A stretch of DNA of 64,000 nt from Octopus sinensis (GCF_006345805.1 NC_042997.1:12462001-12526000), one strand, 5' to 3'. Positions 12,564 through 25,772 are shown, numbered from the stretch's first letter. Translations and numbers: made by a program. Notes: a model not told the origin generated them from the letters alone.

Positions 12564-14857
12564 TTTTTCTTTTTGTAGTTTCACCTTAGATCGTGGCCAC
12601 GCTGGGGCACTGCCGTTATTATTGAGAGCCTTCTCTAATTTGTGACACTTGTTGAAGAATGGAGTTTGATGTTACTACCCTCATTTGCAACTCATCCCGT
12701 GAGGTAGGCTTGTCTGGGACTCTCGACAAGAAGAGGTCCAGTTTTGATTTGGAAACACCTACATCCATTTTGTTTAGGTCCTTTGGAAGAATACTAAAAT
12801 GCTGTAGGCCCCTGAAATCCAAGCTGTTTCAGTAGCTGTTCCTGAAGCGCGATAGCTTTGTAGGGATCTTTGGTACTGTGCAGTATCGACCCGTTGTGAC
12901 ATTGGTATAGCTTCCAATACCAAAAATTGGCACAATTCCTTCCAGGATGCTCCAGATGTATATAACTGCATACCTTTCGCGTCTTCGCTTTAGAGAGTAG
13001 AGTCTTAGCTGTTTCAGCCTTTCCAGTAGCTGAGCTGTTACAATGAGACGATCTTCTTTGTGAAGCTTCGCTGGATTGCTTCAAGATCCGCTGTAAATTT
13101 TACACTGTTGGGTGACTATAGCTGGGAGCAGTAATCCAGGCGGCTGAGGACGAACGTCCTCCTGTGGACCATTATGGTTTCCTTTTCTCTGGATCCAGCC
13201 ACCCAGTCGCCTGCACTTTGTCGCCATCCTGGTAATGTGCACTTGGAAACAGGTATCTTCACTCATGTCGATATCCAGGTCCGTCACTGATTTAGGCTCT
13301 GGGATTTTTATCCCCTGTAGTCCAGTGTACCCTGTAAGTTTTATTTTCAATTTTGGACGCTAGTAGCGGCTCGCTCGGAATTTTTCAGCTTTAAACTGCA
13401 TATTATTATACTCAGCCTATCTGTAAATTGAGTCCATCTAATGCTGCAGGTGTGCAACATCACTGGGGTTCTGTATTTTCTGCGAGACTTTCACATCGTC
13501 TCCATAGATAGCAAGGGTGGCTATCCGGGCAGTTGAGGGCATATCTGAAAGGGCCACCATGAAAAGTAGTGTTCCCCAGACAGTGCCCTGTGGAACACCG
13601 TTCTCTATTTGTGTTTTCATTGAGGTGTAACTGCTCTCCAATTTTTCCAGCTATGACGAGACAGCGCGGTTTGTGGCATATCATACCATGATCCACTTCA
13701 TCAAAAGCTTTTGCAAAATCAAGGTATATTACGACCATATTTGAGTTGTTGAGTAACTGCTTCAACACCCAGTTATAGTGCTATAAGAGCTGAGTCAGGC
13801 AGCTCCTACCTGGCCGAAAGCCATGCTGGGTATCACTGAGCAAGTCATTTTTTCAAGGAATGCGATTAGTTCCCCTCTAACTATCTTTTCCATGACTTTC
13901 CCGATGCATGAAGTCGGAGAGATAGGCCTATAGGTTTTGGCATCTGCTCAGCTTTTTCCTTTATGGATTGGGCATATTATTCCCTCCTTCAGTTTGTTTT
14001 GCAGCCTGCCATTTGCAAGAAAGCTCTGGAAGAGAATCTGTAGAGGTTTTGCTAGGGCACGCTTACAAGATTTGAGAAGGATTGCTGGGAAAGCATCAGG
14101 ACCAGGAGTTGAGTTTGCGTCCACCACACCTATGGCTATTAGTATATCTTCTTTGCTAATGTCTATGTAATCGATTTTAACTACCTCACTGGTTATAGAA
14201 ATCCACTTGCTCATTCACTTGTCCGTGTTCCAACAGGGTGGTAAAGACACTTTTGAACTGGTCATTAAGTACCTCACTGATCCTGGTTCGACTATCTGCG
14301 AGGGAGCATCTTTTTGGAAAAGGGATCCTATCTTGCAGCGTACTGAGGCTGTTTCTTTCGCATAATGAAAGAAAGTCTTTGGTTTTGACTTAATGTTTTT
14401 TATAACCTAGGCTTCTTTTTCTGCTCTCTCCCACACAGGCTTTTTTCAGTCTCCATCAGTATTGTTTTTAGGCAGGACTTTTCGCTACTTTTGTAATGTT
14501 GGTGGAGTCGACTTGCAACCTTCGTCCGTCGTCCCATTAGGATCTTCCTCCCCCTTGGAATTTTATTCCTTTTTGTGTTGGCCTTCTGCTCTGGAACATA
14601 TATCTGGCATATGGTTTGCGTATCAGGAAATATCTAGTTTCATGCCAATGTCTGAGGATCTCTTCTTGGATCGATTTCCAGTCTGCTTTGTGGAAATTTG
14701 GATTGGAGTAATTTCGGTGCTTCCTTTAGGCTGTATGTCTCTGGCTATTTTTGACCCGTACACAGCTCTATTGTGTTGTGATCCGAGACTAATGTTGGCG
14801 TCACTTTCACACCGTATCAACGAGGGAGCTGACTTGAGCTTCACCTTTATCATAACG
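12564..14857 (-). mobile_element. CR1/L2-like LINE ORF2 + 3' tail, decayed
   Basis: Minus strand: SDHNTIEL, NFHKADW, PGPDAFPAILLK, YLDFAKAFDEVDHG, GVPQGTV, GDDVK, DLDIDMS, SKLDLFLSRVPD, then the 3' tail ggcagtgccccagcgtggccac...tgaaact. Confidence 0.9.
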
Positions 14858-15014
14858 TTATAGGTTATCCATGAATAACAAATGGTTGACTTTCAGTTGG
14901 CGGCTTTTGAATACACACCCATCTTTTGCTTTCCTCAGAATCAGTTTTAGTGGTATGAAGCAGAGTACAAATATCAGTAGGGACAGGCAGTCCCTTTGGA
15001 AGATGCCCCTCCTA

Positions 15015-15018
<4 letters not shown>
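14858..15018 (-). mobile_element. R4/Dong-like RT fragment
   Basis: Minus strand: IRRGIFQRDCLSLLIFVLCFIPLKLILRK...NHLLFMDNL, a GIFQGDSLSP / HLLFMDD-type RT motif set. Adjacent to a (TTA)n array. Confidence 0.7.
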
Positions 15019-15054
<36 letters not shown>

Positions 15055-15108
15055 TTATTATTATTATTATTATCATCATCATCATCATCATCATCATTAT
15101 TATTATTA

Positions 15109-15155
<47 letters not shown>

Positions 15156-15205
15156 GTAGTAGTAGTAGTAGTAATAGTAGTGATTGTGGTGGTGGTGGTG
15201 GTGGT
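15017..15205. repeat. In-phase trinucleotide array (TTA)-(TCA)-(TTA)-(TAG)-(TGG)
   Basis: Direct reading. Confidence 0.95.
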
Positions 15206-15334
15206 ACACCAAAGACTTGTATCACATTATGAAAGGCTTGAGAAAGAACATTTGGTATTATTTATAATGGTAGGTAAACTGAGTATCACTGAGAAAGTAT
15301 GTTTGTATATATTTATATATATATATATATGGGC

Positions 15335-15477
15335 TTCAAATTTGGTGGCAAAAAGCCGGCAGTTTTAGCGAAGAAACTAAGTCGATTGGATCGACCCCAG
15401 TGTTCTAGTGATACTTATTTTATCGACCTCGAAAGATGAAAAGCAAAGTCAACGCCTGCGAAGTTTGGACTCAGAAC
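15335..15477 (-). mobile_element. SINE family C fragment
   Basis: Reverse complement of ctgagt.caaa...gactttgcttttcatctttcgaggtcgataaaaataagt. Confidence 0.75.
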
Positions 15478-16901
15478 TGTTTTGTGGCTTGTCTACAAAA
15501 ATGAAAATTACCCTGACCTATTTATAATCGTTTTGGAAACCTAGCTCTACTTCTTTGAAATTATGTTCCCTTTGAAAGTTCCTAATAATTGCCGCTAGGG
15601 TTTTGTTTTCCTCCGTCAATGAAATAATTTTCCAATTGATTTATAATTATTTTTGTATGTCACACTGTATATTTCCCCTTATTTGATATATCTAAATTCA
15701 TGCCAATTTCCTACTTGAGATATTTACCTTACCTCCTTATATTTTCTAATTAAACAAATTAATACGATAGTTGACTACTCGTATTTCTTTTTCTAATTCT
15801 AATATTTATGATGCCATAAAAAGACAAGCTCAATTTGCTTAATGTTTTTCTGACGACGTCCACTAAGTTTGAAACATGTCCGAAGCTGTCACCTTGCCTA
15901 CTAACCAACATCAAACGTCAGAATTTTCCTTAAGCATGTTAATTAAATTTGGGAAATTATTTTTCAAAATCATTTGCCTTCTCTTTGAGAGTCGATAATA
16001 ATTTAATTATTAAGTCTAGGTTTTTCGCTTTGATTCTCCTACCACGGAAAAATTTTCAATTAATTGAGAATTTTTCCATACGTCTTTCAGTACATCACTC
16101 CTAATCGACAATAAAAATATAGTTATTTTTTTCTCGTTTACATTTCAGTTCTGACATCATTTTGAAACATTCCCGATTGAATTTCGTTTCTCGCATCAAA
16201 AATCTTGAGTAATTTTATTTCAAGAGAGAAATCAGTACAACAATCATAGAATACCCAGCCTAGCTAATTGATTACTTGATTGATAAGAAAATGTAATATT
16301 GTTGTTGCATTTAGGTTGCAATTATAACTACGGGCAATATTGGGTATTTCTATAGAAATTCTTGGCTCATAATTCCCTTATCAAACATGAATATATGAGA
16401 CTGGCAGTTCTCTATTACTATAGTTGTGAGCAACTATATAATATTTAATGGCGAATCAACGTGAAGTGTTGTGTACATACATAAACACACACATACACAC
16501 AGATACATACACTTTCTCTCAATTTCCTTTCTCTCACATATCTCTTTCTTAGATTTCTCACTTTCTCTCTTTCACCCCACCTCTCTCTTTTCAGTCATGC
16601 ATACATACATAGTTATTAACACATAGGCAAGTGTTATATGCGCAACACTTGCACTCAGTGCCTGATTATATGAATATTAGCAGAAACCTCGAAGTATCAA
16701 ATTGGCAGTGTCACCAGAGCCTAAGCTACAAAATAGTGTTATTTGTTCTGGCTCTCTAAGCTCTCAGTTCAAATCACGCTGTTATCATCTTTGCTTTTCA
16801 TTGTTTCCGGATCGCTAAATAAAGCACTATTCTTCGATGCTGCACTGGCGGAGTTTGTATGACGATAAATGCATATATTATATATATATAATATATATAT
16901 A

Positions 16902-16972
<71 letters not shown>

Positions 16973-16980
16973 ATGTATGT

Positions 16981-18345
16981 ATAGGGAGAATTCACAAAAA
17001 AAAAGACGAAGACAGGTGGTGTAGACAACAAGCAGATGTATTATTATAACGCTCGGAAAGTGAAAAATTCTTTAATGTTTCGAGCCTACGCTCTTCAACA
17101 GAAAGGAACACAAAAAGAAACAAGGAGAGTAAATAAGGAATCCGTAGTGGCCAGCGATCTATCATGGCGAATGCCGGATAGAGGGGTCACACAGGAGAGC
17201 TAGGAAGAAAGGGAAATAATAAAGTAGTGGTGATCCCAAAACGAAGATGCATGTGCCTGTATATAAGAAAGTATATATGTGCGTGTGGAAGAGGGCTGGT
17301 GACCTTGACGTCTGCGTGTGTGCATGTGTAGGTGTGTATGTGGGGCTGGGAAGTGGTCAGTGGTAGTGTGTGCGTGGTGGTGTGATGTGATGTGATGTGG
17401 TGTTGTGTGGTATGGTGGTGTATGGTGTAGTGGTGTGTGGTGTTGTGTGATGGTGTTAGGAGATGGGAAAGCAAAAGAAGGGAAAGCAATGGTGGGGTGT
17501 GGATTAGGCTGATGGTGGGGGTAAAGGTGGAGTAAGTGGGAGTAGGTGTAAGGGATGGGGTGGGGCGGGATGGGATGGATAAGGAGGGTGGGGTTGGATT
17601 GTGTAGGGGTGGGGTTACGTGGGAGTGGTGACGATGAAGGTTGAGGAGGAAGAGAGAAGGTGGGTAGGAGTGAAGATAACAGAGAAGGAGAGTAGGAGTG
17701 AAGAGAAGTAGGCATCGGAGCAAGAGAGGAGAGGTGGGCGGGAGGAAGTAGGTGTGAAGGGAAAATAGGAGACGGGAGGAGGTTAGATGAAGACGGGAAG
17801 AGAGTTGAGTACATGTGGCACAAATGAGCAAAGAGAGAAGATTAACCCTTGTTCACGGCGCAAATGTGAGTCCGGATGGCTCCTGTGCAAGGACAATCCG
17901 AACACAGACAAGTGTTGCAAAGAGTGACTGGTAGAGCGGAAATGGCGCGGGACTGGGGTGTCATTGCCGAGTCGGATGTCTCGGAGGTGTTCCGCAAGCC
18001 AGTCAGCCAAGCGTCGTCCCGTTTGCCCGATGTATACAGAAGGACAGAGAGATCAGGATATGCAGTAGATGACATTGGTAGAAGTGCAGGTGAAGGAGTC
18101 GGTGATATGATAGGGTCGATGATGGGTACCAGTGAGGAGGGAGCTGTTGGTGAGGTAAGGGCAAGTGCGGCAGGGTGGGCGGGAGCAAGGGAACGAGCCG
18201 GGTTAGGAGGTTGGGTTAGGGGAAAAGCTGTGGACCAAGAGGTCACGTAGGTTGTGGGCTCGTTTGAAGGAGGGGAGGGGTCGGTTAGGGAAGATCTGAG
18301 AAGTGGAGTGGTCGGACTAAATGTTGAGTTCATGCTGAAGGAATA
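16981..18345 (-). mobile_element. Neptune-type PLE, 5'-truncated (Zn-finger linker, GIY-YIG endonuclease, 3'UTR)
   Basis: One frame reads NLRDLLVHS, PGSFPCSRPPCRTCP, FTCTSTNVIYCIS*SLCPSVYIGQTGRRLADWLAEHLRDI and ends at 17783, with two in-frame stops. The 3' end abuts (TA)n. The clade name is from motif recall. Confidence 0.85.
17070..17105 (-). ncRNA. Hammerhead-like motif at the PLE 3' end (non-canonical U6)
   Basis: cuuu CUGUUGA A GAGC guag GCUC GAA ACAU U aaag. Helices I and II pair, but A6 is U and helix III reads ACAU rather than ACGU. Confidence 0.45.
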
Positions 18346-19092
18346 GAATTAAGTGATTAGATAGTATGAAAATGGTCCACCTGGGTATATAGTGTGAGAA
18401 AGACAGGCATCATGATAGACAGATATGGGTTGTGAGTGAATGAGTGAGAGAGAGAGGAAGAGAGAAAAGAAAAGAATGGGATAGGTGTGGAAAAAAATGA
18501 ATGAGGGCGAAAGTAAAATAAAATAAAAAAAAACAAAAAGATAAAAATAAGATGCCAGTATTATTCTTAATAAGGGTATTTTAGGGGCGAGTGGTCAGGC
18601 GTTATAGCTTTGGTAAAGTGGAGGAGGAAGGCATTTATAACTATCAATTAAATAGGTTCGGTGTGGTCAGAAATATAATTTAGTTCAGTGGTCAGTAGGG
18701 ATAGCTAAAAATAGAGCTTATGGTAAGTGAATGTATATAGAATAAAATACAATTAAATGTATAAACGATAAGAATTATGGAATAAAAATTGAAAAATAAA
18801 TGATTGATTAAAAAATTAAAATTGAAAATTGAAAATTAAAAATTAAAAATTCAAAAATTAAAAGAATTAGTGCAGCTAGTTAGCTTCTAAGATACTTATG
18901 TTTATAGAGATGGAAAGAAAAACAAAACGGACATATATTGTTTCAACCGTGGTGTGTATACACCTATATCAGCTCGCAGCGCTGTCTACCCAGATGATGA
19001 GATGTAAGTATTTAGGCGTAGTTATCTCCTCTTCGGTCACGGCCACTGCGTAGGCGGTGCTACGACGTTATCGAAGAGCTTAATTCTCTTAT

Positions 19093-19476
19093 GGAAGCAC
19101 TCCGTCGGTTACGACGACGAGGGTTCCGGTTGATCCGAATCAACGGAACAGCCTGCTCGTGAAATTAACGTGTAAGTGGCTGAGCACTCCACAGACACGT
19201 GTACCCTTAACGTAGTTCTCGGGGATATTCAGCGTGACACAGAGAGTGACAAGGCCGGCCCCTTGAAATACAGGTACAACAGAAACAGGAAGTAAGAGTG
19301 AGAGAAAGTTGTGGTGAAAGAGTACAGCAGGGATCACCACCATCCTCTGTCGGAGCCTCGTGGAGCTTTAGGTGTTTTTTCTCAATAAACACTCACAACG
19401 CCCGGTCTGGGAATCGAAACCGCGATCCTATGACCGCGAGTCCGCTGCCCTAACCACTGGGCCATTGCGCCTCCAC
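19093..19476 (-). mobile_element. Full-length SINE family B (tail type 1) with 11-bp TSD
   Basis: tRNA-like head with A box TGGCCCAGTGG and B box GGTTTCGATTCCC. Direct repeat AATTCTCTTAT at 19082-19092 and 19477-19487. Confidence 0.9.
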
Positions 19477-19619
19477 AATTCTCTTATACCTCTCCAGTTG
19501 CCAAACAGTGACTAGCAGAGCTGTTCGGCGGCTCACTGAAGAAACATCGTTTCTAACTGGCCAAAGCAGCTACTAGTCAAGAGTCATAAGTGTTGATTTT
19601 GTTTGCATTTGGACCTATG

Positions 19620-20030
19620 GAAGAATTTAAAGGCGTGATACATCAACACGCCTCGTGTTGTTTATTGAGTAACTATGTTGAATTATGAATTAATATTTGG
19701 AGAGCTCGTTTCAGGCAGAGCCTACACGTGGAGTGCTGGCCTTGGTATTAGACTCCAGATTCTATTATCGCCCAGGATACCCTATGTCTTATTTTCTTAT
19801 TTATCAGATGGTGTATGCGGTTGGCTAGGGACGTGGATTTGCTATGCTCCTCATATTTAAATGAGTCTAGATGTACAGAATACCTCTGCTTAAAATTAAT
19901 AGTAGACCCGATGTAATGGCTAGCAGAGTTGTGTAATATGCTGTGTACAATGCATTTATATACCACGTTAAACCTTCTGCAATCAGCTTGCAGCGGGCAT
20001 TCGGTTCCAAGCCGGCAGTTGCAGCTGGCT
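19620..20030 (-). mobile_element. PLE GIY-YIG fragment with CxC-x5-C-x5-C linker (Nematis-like)
   Basis: SCNCRLGTECPLQADCRRFNVVYKCIV...HYIGSTINFKQRY..H..SF...STSL...W.II...CRLC. The clade assignment is an inference. Confidence 0.75.
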
Positions 20031-20523
20031 TACGTGGGTTAGTTGTAGAAAAGGATGATGATGTACTACTTATGGTATTAGGGGATTGGTTCGTATTATT
20101 AATATTGTTACTATTATTATTATTATCACTATCATTATTGAGTGAGAGAGCAGTGCATGCCATCAAAGTGACCCTGGGGTAAAATATACGAGTCCGCTGC
20201 CCTAACCACTGGGCCATTGCGCCTCCACACATGCACTAGTATTATTTATGCAAATGACCTAGGCCATAGATGTATTGCTCCCCTTTTTTATATATGTCTA
20301 ACTTACCTCCTCCATCTACTGGAGATAAATTAGTGCCACTGCTGAGCTGATGACGATTTTATAGTTATCATACATACAACCGGACGTATCGTGTCATGTG
20401 AACGAGAGCTACGTATCTATTTTATTAGTGGATCTTCGATCGTTTGTTATTGCTTCATATTGATATTTATTGTTTCTTTTTCTTATTTTACCATTCTTAT
20501 GTTCTAAATAGAAACTGACCATA

Positions 20524-20684
20524 GGCGCAGGAGTGGCTGTGCGGTAAGTAGCTTGCTAACCAATCACATGGTTCCGGGTCCAGTCCCACTGCGTGGCATC
20601 TGGGCAGGTGTCTTCTGCTATAGCCCCGGGCCGACCAATGCCTTGTGAGTGGATTTGGTAGAAGGAAACTGAAAGAAGCCTGTC

Positions 20685-20752
<68 letters not shown>

Positions 20753-20969
20753 TTGTGTGTCTGTGTTTGTTCCCCTAGCATTGCTTGACAACCGATGCTG
20801 GTGTGTTTACGCCCCGTCACTTAGCGGTTCGGCAAAAAGAGACTGATAGAATAAGTACTGGGCTTACAAAAAGAATAAGTCCCGGGGTCGAGTTGCTCGT
20901 CTAAAGGCGGTGCTCCAGCATGGCCGCAGTCAAATGACTGAAACAAGTAAAAGAGTAAAAGAGTAAAAG
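20524..20969 (+). mobile_element. Full-length SINE family A (tRNA head, CORE-like segment, internal microsatellite, LINE-like tail)
   Basis: Head ggcgcaggagtggctgtgcgg, CORE-like tgggcaggtgtcttct, tail aaaggcggtgctccagcatggccgcag...gaaacaagt(aaaagagt)n. Direct repeat aactgaccat at 20513-20522 and 20981-20990 is a possible TSD. Confidence 0.9.
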
Positions 20970-21204
20970 TATTATATTGGAACTGACCATGTACTTTATC
21001 GTTTTTGATACCATTTTTTTCATTTTTTTTTCATATGATTTGAGGTAGTTATTCTCCTATATATGAGCAACATTGAAGATGTTGCTATATTTCTAGTATA
21101 TTGTGCGCATGAAATAATTTTTAAAATTATTGTTATGCATAGAATTATTGAAATGAATGTAAAATGTCGGTATCTAAATATCAATTATTTGTTTTCTTTT
21201 GTTA

Positions 21205-21420
<216 letters not shown>

Positions 21421-21917
21421 TCTTTCTCTCTCTCTCTATCTATCGTTCTATCTATCTCCATATATGTGTGTGTATGTGCCTATATATGCATACTTAGGAT
21501 GCATATATATGAATTATATAGTTACATATAATAAGGTAAACATTTAATTTACATATTTTACATATTTGATATATTATAGTATTTAATACAAACAATATAT
21601 TATCATCATCAACATCATCGTCATCATCACCATCCTCATCATATAACGTCAACATTCCGATGTTGACATGGGTTAGACGGTTTGACTGAAACCGCTAAGT
21701 TACAGGAACGTAAATACACCAAGGTCGGTTGTCAAACAAATACATAACATACATACCATACATACATATATACATATATTATATACATACACACACACAC
21801 AACACACAATATATATATATAATATATATATATATATTGTGTGTGTGTGTGTGTATTATTATATATATGTATATATATATGTGTGTATATGTATATATAT
21901 ATATATATTATATATAG

Positions 21918-21958
<41 letters not shown>

Positions 21959-22027
21959 TATATATATATATAGTGTGTGTGTGTGTGTGGATATATGTAT
22001 ATATATATGTATCGATATATATGTGTG

Positions 22028-22080
<53 letters not shown>

Positions 22081-22119
22081 TATAATATAATATACATTAT
22101 ATATATATCATATATATAT

Positions 22120-23730
22120 ATTGTTATATTTCGGAATGGTCATTTTGCCAGTTTAGCCAATAAAAACACACGCACTATATATTTTGTGTAAAAAAAAATG
22201 ATCGCATATGCACTAGGAGCTAGTATAAGAGTTACCCTAAAAATCCACAAGTTTAAGTTAACAATAAATATGCCCAGGACGATGGCAGCCATCGGCGTAG
22301 TATCGCTATGATGTGGCCAACCTTTTCATGGTATGGTGGGACAGAAGGCTTAAAGAACGCCTAACACAGAACTCCATACTCGTAAACATGAACTCTCGCT
22401 ATGTTGATGATATCAACATAGTGGTAAAGGCACCCCCACAAGAGAGTACTGTTGATATAGTAATAGAAACTAATACTATGGAGAGCATCCAGCAAATAGC
22501 TAACTCCATCCAGCAGTGTATTAAGGTCACAATAGTCTACCCCACTAAACACCCAAACTATATACTACCAGTACTAGACACAGAACTCTGGCTAGAAATT
22601 GTGAATAATAAAACCCAAATCCTTCATTCGTACTATGCCAAACCTATGACCTCAAAATACTTGATCCACCGGAACTCAGCCATTGCGGACAATGCCAAAT
22701 TCAATATTTTGATGGTAGACCTCGTCAGAATAATGAGAAATGTGTCACGCATGAGCGAGCCTACAGAGTTAAAGAGACACATACAATATTTCATTCACCG
22801 CATGCAGTTCTCTGGTTACAGCCATAAAGAAAGGATCAGAGTATACAAAGGAGCCATGAAGAAATTTGATAATATATTATGTAATGATAGGAATGGCATT
22901 TGCCCACTCTATAGGAACAAGTCATGGAACACTATAGAAAGGACAAAAAAGAAAATAAGGAAGGCCAACTCTTGGTATGATAGCCATAAATACCAGAGTG
23001 TCATGTTCGTTGACACCACCCCTGGAGGTGAACTGGCGTACCGCTTTAGAAGGACCCTGGACAAACTTAAGCTAAGGATTAAGGTTGTTGAAAAGCCAGG
23101 CAACCCTATCAAATCTATAATCGGTAGAACCTATCCTTTTAGTAGAATCCCCTGTACGGATAAGTACTGTACTGTATGTAGATTTAGCCCACAAACAAAC
23201 TGTAAAGCCAGAAATGTGGTCTATAGTATAAGATGTATAGAGGGACGATGCAGTAACAAGACAACGACATAAGTAGGGGAAACGGCAAGAAGCATAGGAG
23301 AGCGGGTAAATGTACATTGGAGACAACTCAAGGAAGGTAAAAGCTCATCGATTCTGTGCCAACACGCCGAACAGGAACACGGGGATCAATCAACAACATA
23401 GAAATTAAAATATTGTCCAGACATAGAACAGATGCAACAATCAGACAAATTACAGAAGCTATACACATAATAGAAAATAAACCTAGCCTGAATAGGAGAC
23501 TAGAATGGAACACTAGCACACACCACTACATATGACGGTAGATCCCAATAAACTGGTTACAATATAAACAAAACCGAAAACATAATAAATAAAATACACA
23601 GATAAATAAACAAATAGAAATAAATAACTATATAAGTTTGTTTTTTTATTTAATTTAAAAGATTTTTTGTTTGATTTATTATTATTATTACTAGTATCGT
23701 TGCAAAATGACCATTCCGAAATATAACAAT
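22120..23730 (+). mobile_element. 5'-truncated PLE (RT C-terminal half + Zn linker + GIY-YIG) with inverted 5' terminal segment
   Basis: SRYVDD, LPVLDTELW, YYAKPMTS, PC-x4-CTVC, NVVYSIRC, *VGETARS, RQITEA, LNRRLEW. There is a stop at 23270-23272 where Y is expected and a later frameshift. An inverted terminus at 22120-22183 sits against (TA)n and a direct terminus lies at about 23702-23730. Confidence 0.9.
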
Positions 23731-23820
23731 ATCTGTTTCAACACACAACTTCACATAAAAAATCTTGCACAACAAGTATATATATATATATATATATATG
23801 TATTGTCCAGATATATATAT

Positions 23821-23981
23821 ACGACAGGTTTCTTTCAATTTCCGTCTACCAAATTCACGTACAAAGCTTTAGTGGGCCCCAGGCTATAGTAGAGGACACT
23901 TGGCCAAGGTGTCACGCAGTGGGACTGAACCAGGTATCATGTAATTGAGATGCAAATTTATCATCACACAGCCACGCCTGT
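23821..23981 (-). mobile_element. SINE family A 5' half
   Basis: Reverse complement of the family A head and CORE-like segment. Confidence 0.8.
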
Positions 23982-24009
23982 ATGTATGTATACATACATA
24001 TGTATGTAC

Positions 24010-24061
<52 letters not shown>

Positions 24062-25152
24062 GTGTGTGTGCATATGTGTGTGAATGTGAGTGTGTGGTGG
24101 TGTATGTGAGTGAAAAGAGAAAGAGAGAGAGAGGAGAGAGTGCGAGAGTGATTGTGTGTTTATATTTATGTATGCACTCGCGCGTATGTATGCATTATAT
24201 TTTGAAGCTAAATTACCAACTCGGACGTTTACTGATAACTTCTCAGTGAACGATATTGTTCAGGTGCGAACCTAAGGCTTAAAAAACAGCAGAAACAACA
24301 ACAACAACAACAATAAAAACAACAACAACAACACCAACACCACCACCACCACCACCACCACCACAACAACAACAACAACACAACAACAACAACAACAACA
24401 AGGACGACGATGGCAGCAACACAGCATGTATATATGATTCCCTCGATTTCTTCTTTATCGTAAAATGCAATGACGAGCAAGCTATGATGGTAACTATTAA
24501 CAAGATTTCAGCTCATTTAGCTAATTTAAATTTTAATTAGTTTTCTAACACGAAACTCACGAGTGCATCTTACTTCAATAAACAATCATAGTAAATTTAC
24601 AAAGTAAATTAACTTCCTTTTTTCTTTCATTCCTTTTATTATTTAAAATTTTTTAAATTTTAGATCCGTTTATACTATTTGATTTTGCTTATTATAAATG
24701 AATGGCGAAGGCAGCCGGAGGAAATTAATTTAACTCATCTGTACTTGTGCATACATTAAAGATACTTGTATATAGGTCTGTATCTACCATATATACAAAG
24801 AAATATACACACATATACGGGTATACATACGCACAAGTTTTTACAATCTCTACTTGTTTGCTTAGCTTCTCTAATATATATGCATATATATATGCATATC
24901 TCTCTCTCTATATATATGTATATATATACATGTATATATATATATATATATAATATATACGTACACCAGGCACACATATCTATACGAATGTGTACATATC
25001 TATATACATATACAAACATCCTTATTATATAATATATATAATATATATATTATATATATATAAACAAATCAAATTGCGATAAAATAAAAATAATTATAAT
25101 CGCTGGTATTACTAACAAATATATATTATATATATATATATATATATATTGA

Positions 25153-25440
25153 GGGTATTACTATACATAAATGCTTCACGCTAAGAGGGATTCTTAAAGT
25201 CTAAACTACAATAATAAACACATTGTACCGAACGCGAGGGAATGCAACTCTCGAAGTGAGCCTTTTAAAAACAGATTCAGCTGCAGATCACATGATTTCA
25301 TAATTAGTGCACAAAATGCAATTTTTAAGCGTTAGTGCATGCATAATCATGACACTCGCGTTCGGTACAATGTATTTATCATGGTAGTTTTGACTTTAAG
25401 ACTCCCTACTAGCGTGAAACATTTATGTATATTAATGTCC
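25153..25440. mobile_element. MITE with ~90-bp TIRs, Kolobok-like ends
   Basis: 25146-25238 is the inverted repeat of 25355-25447. Ends are GG...CC, flanked by TTGA and TTAA. The superfamily is an inference. Confidence 0.7.
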
Positions 25441-25565
25441 TTAATATAAATAAATATATTTAAAGGGAATAATTAATAATTTTTTCCCATATAAGATTTT
25501 TTACGCTAACTACTTGATAATTTCTTATAAAGATTTTATCCTATTTTAAATTGTATATATATACA

Positions 25566-25772
25566 GGTTTCAAATTTTGGCACAAGCTAACAATTTAGGG
25601 GGAAAGGGCTAAGTCGAGAAAATCGACTGCAGTGCTCAATATTTATTTTATCGACCCGGAAGGAGGAAAAACAAAATTGCCTGAGGCGGCATTTGAACTA
25701 AGAACGTAAAATGGATGAAAACGCCGCCAGGCATTTTGCCCAACCTGCTAGCGATTCTGCCACCTTACTGCC
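25566..25772 (-). mobile_element. SINE family C, diverged
   Basis: Reverse complement of ggcagaatcgctagcagg...ttcaaatgccgcctcagg...gggtcgataaaat. Confidence 0.75.

Noticed and set aside
16046-16077. 32-bp near-perfect palindrome
   Set aside because: AT-rich, isolated, with no second copy or flanking element structure in the window.
18053-18055. In-frame TGA at the conserved Cys of the PLE CxxC (selenocysteine recoding is known in Naiad PLEs)
   Set aside because: It is one base from TGY, the same frame has a TAA upstream, the element is not Naiad-type, and I saw no SECIS.
19400-19476. tRNA-like sequences here and at 20190, 20524, 40920, 43185, 53590, 54450
   Set aside because: They are SINE heads with A/B boxes continuing into repeat bodies, with no complete cloverleaf.
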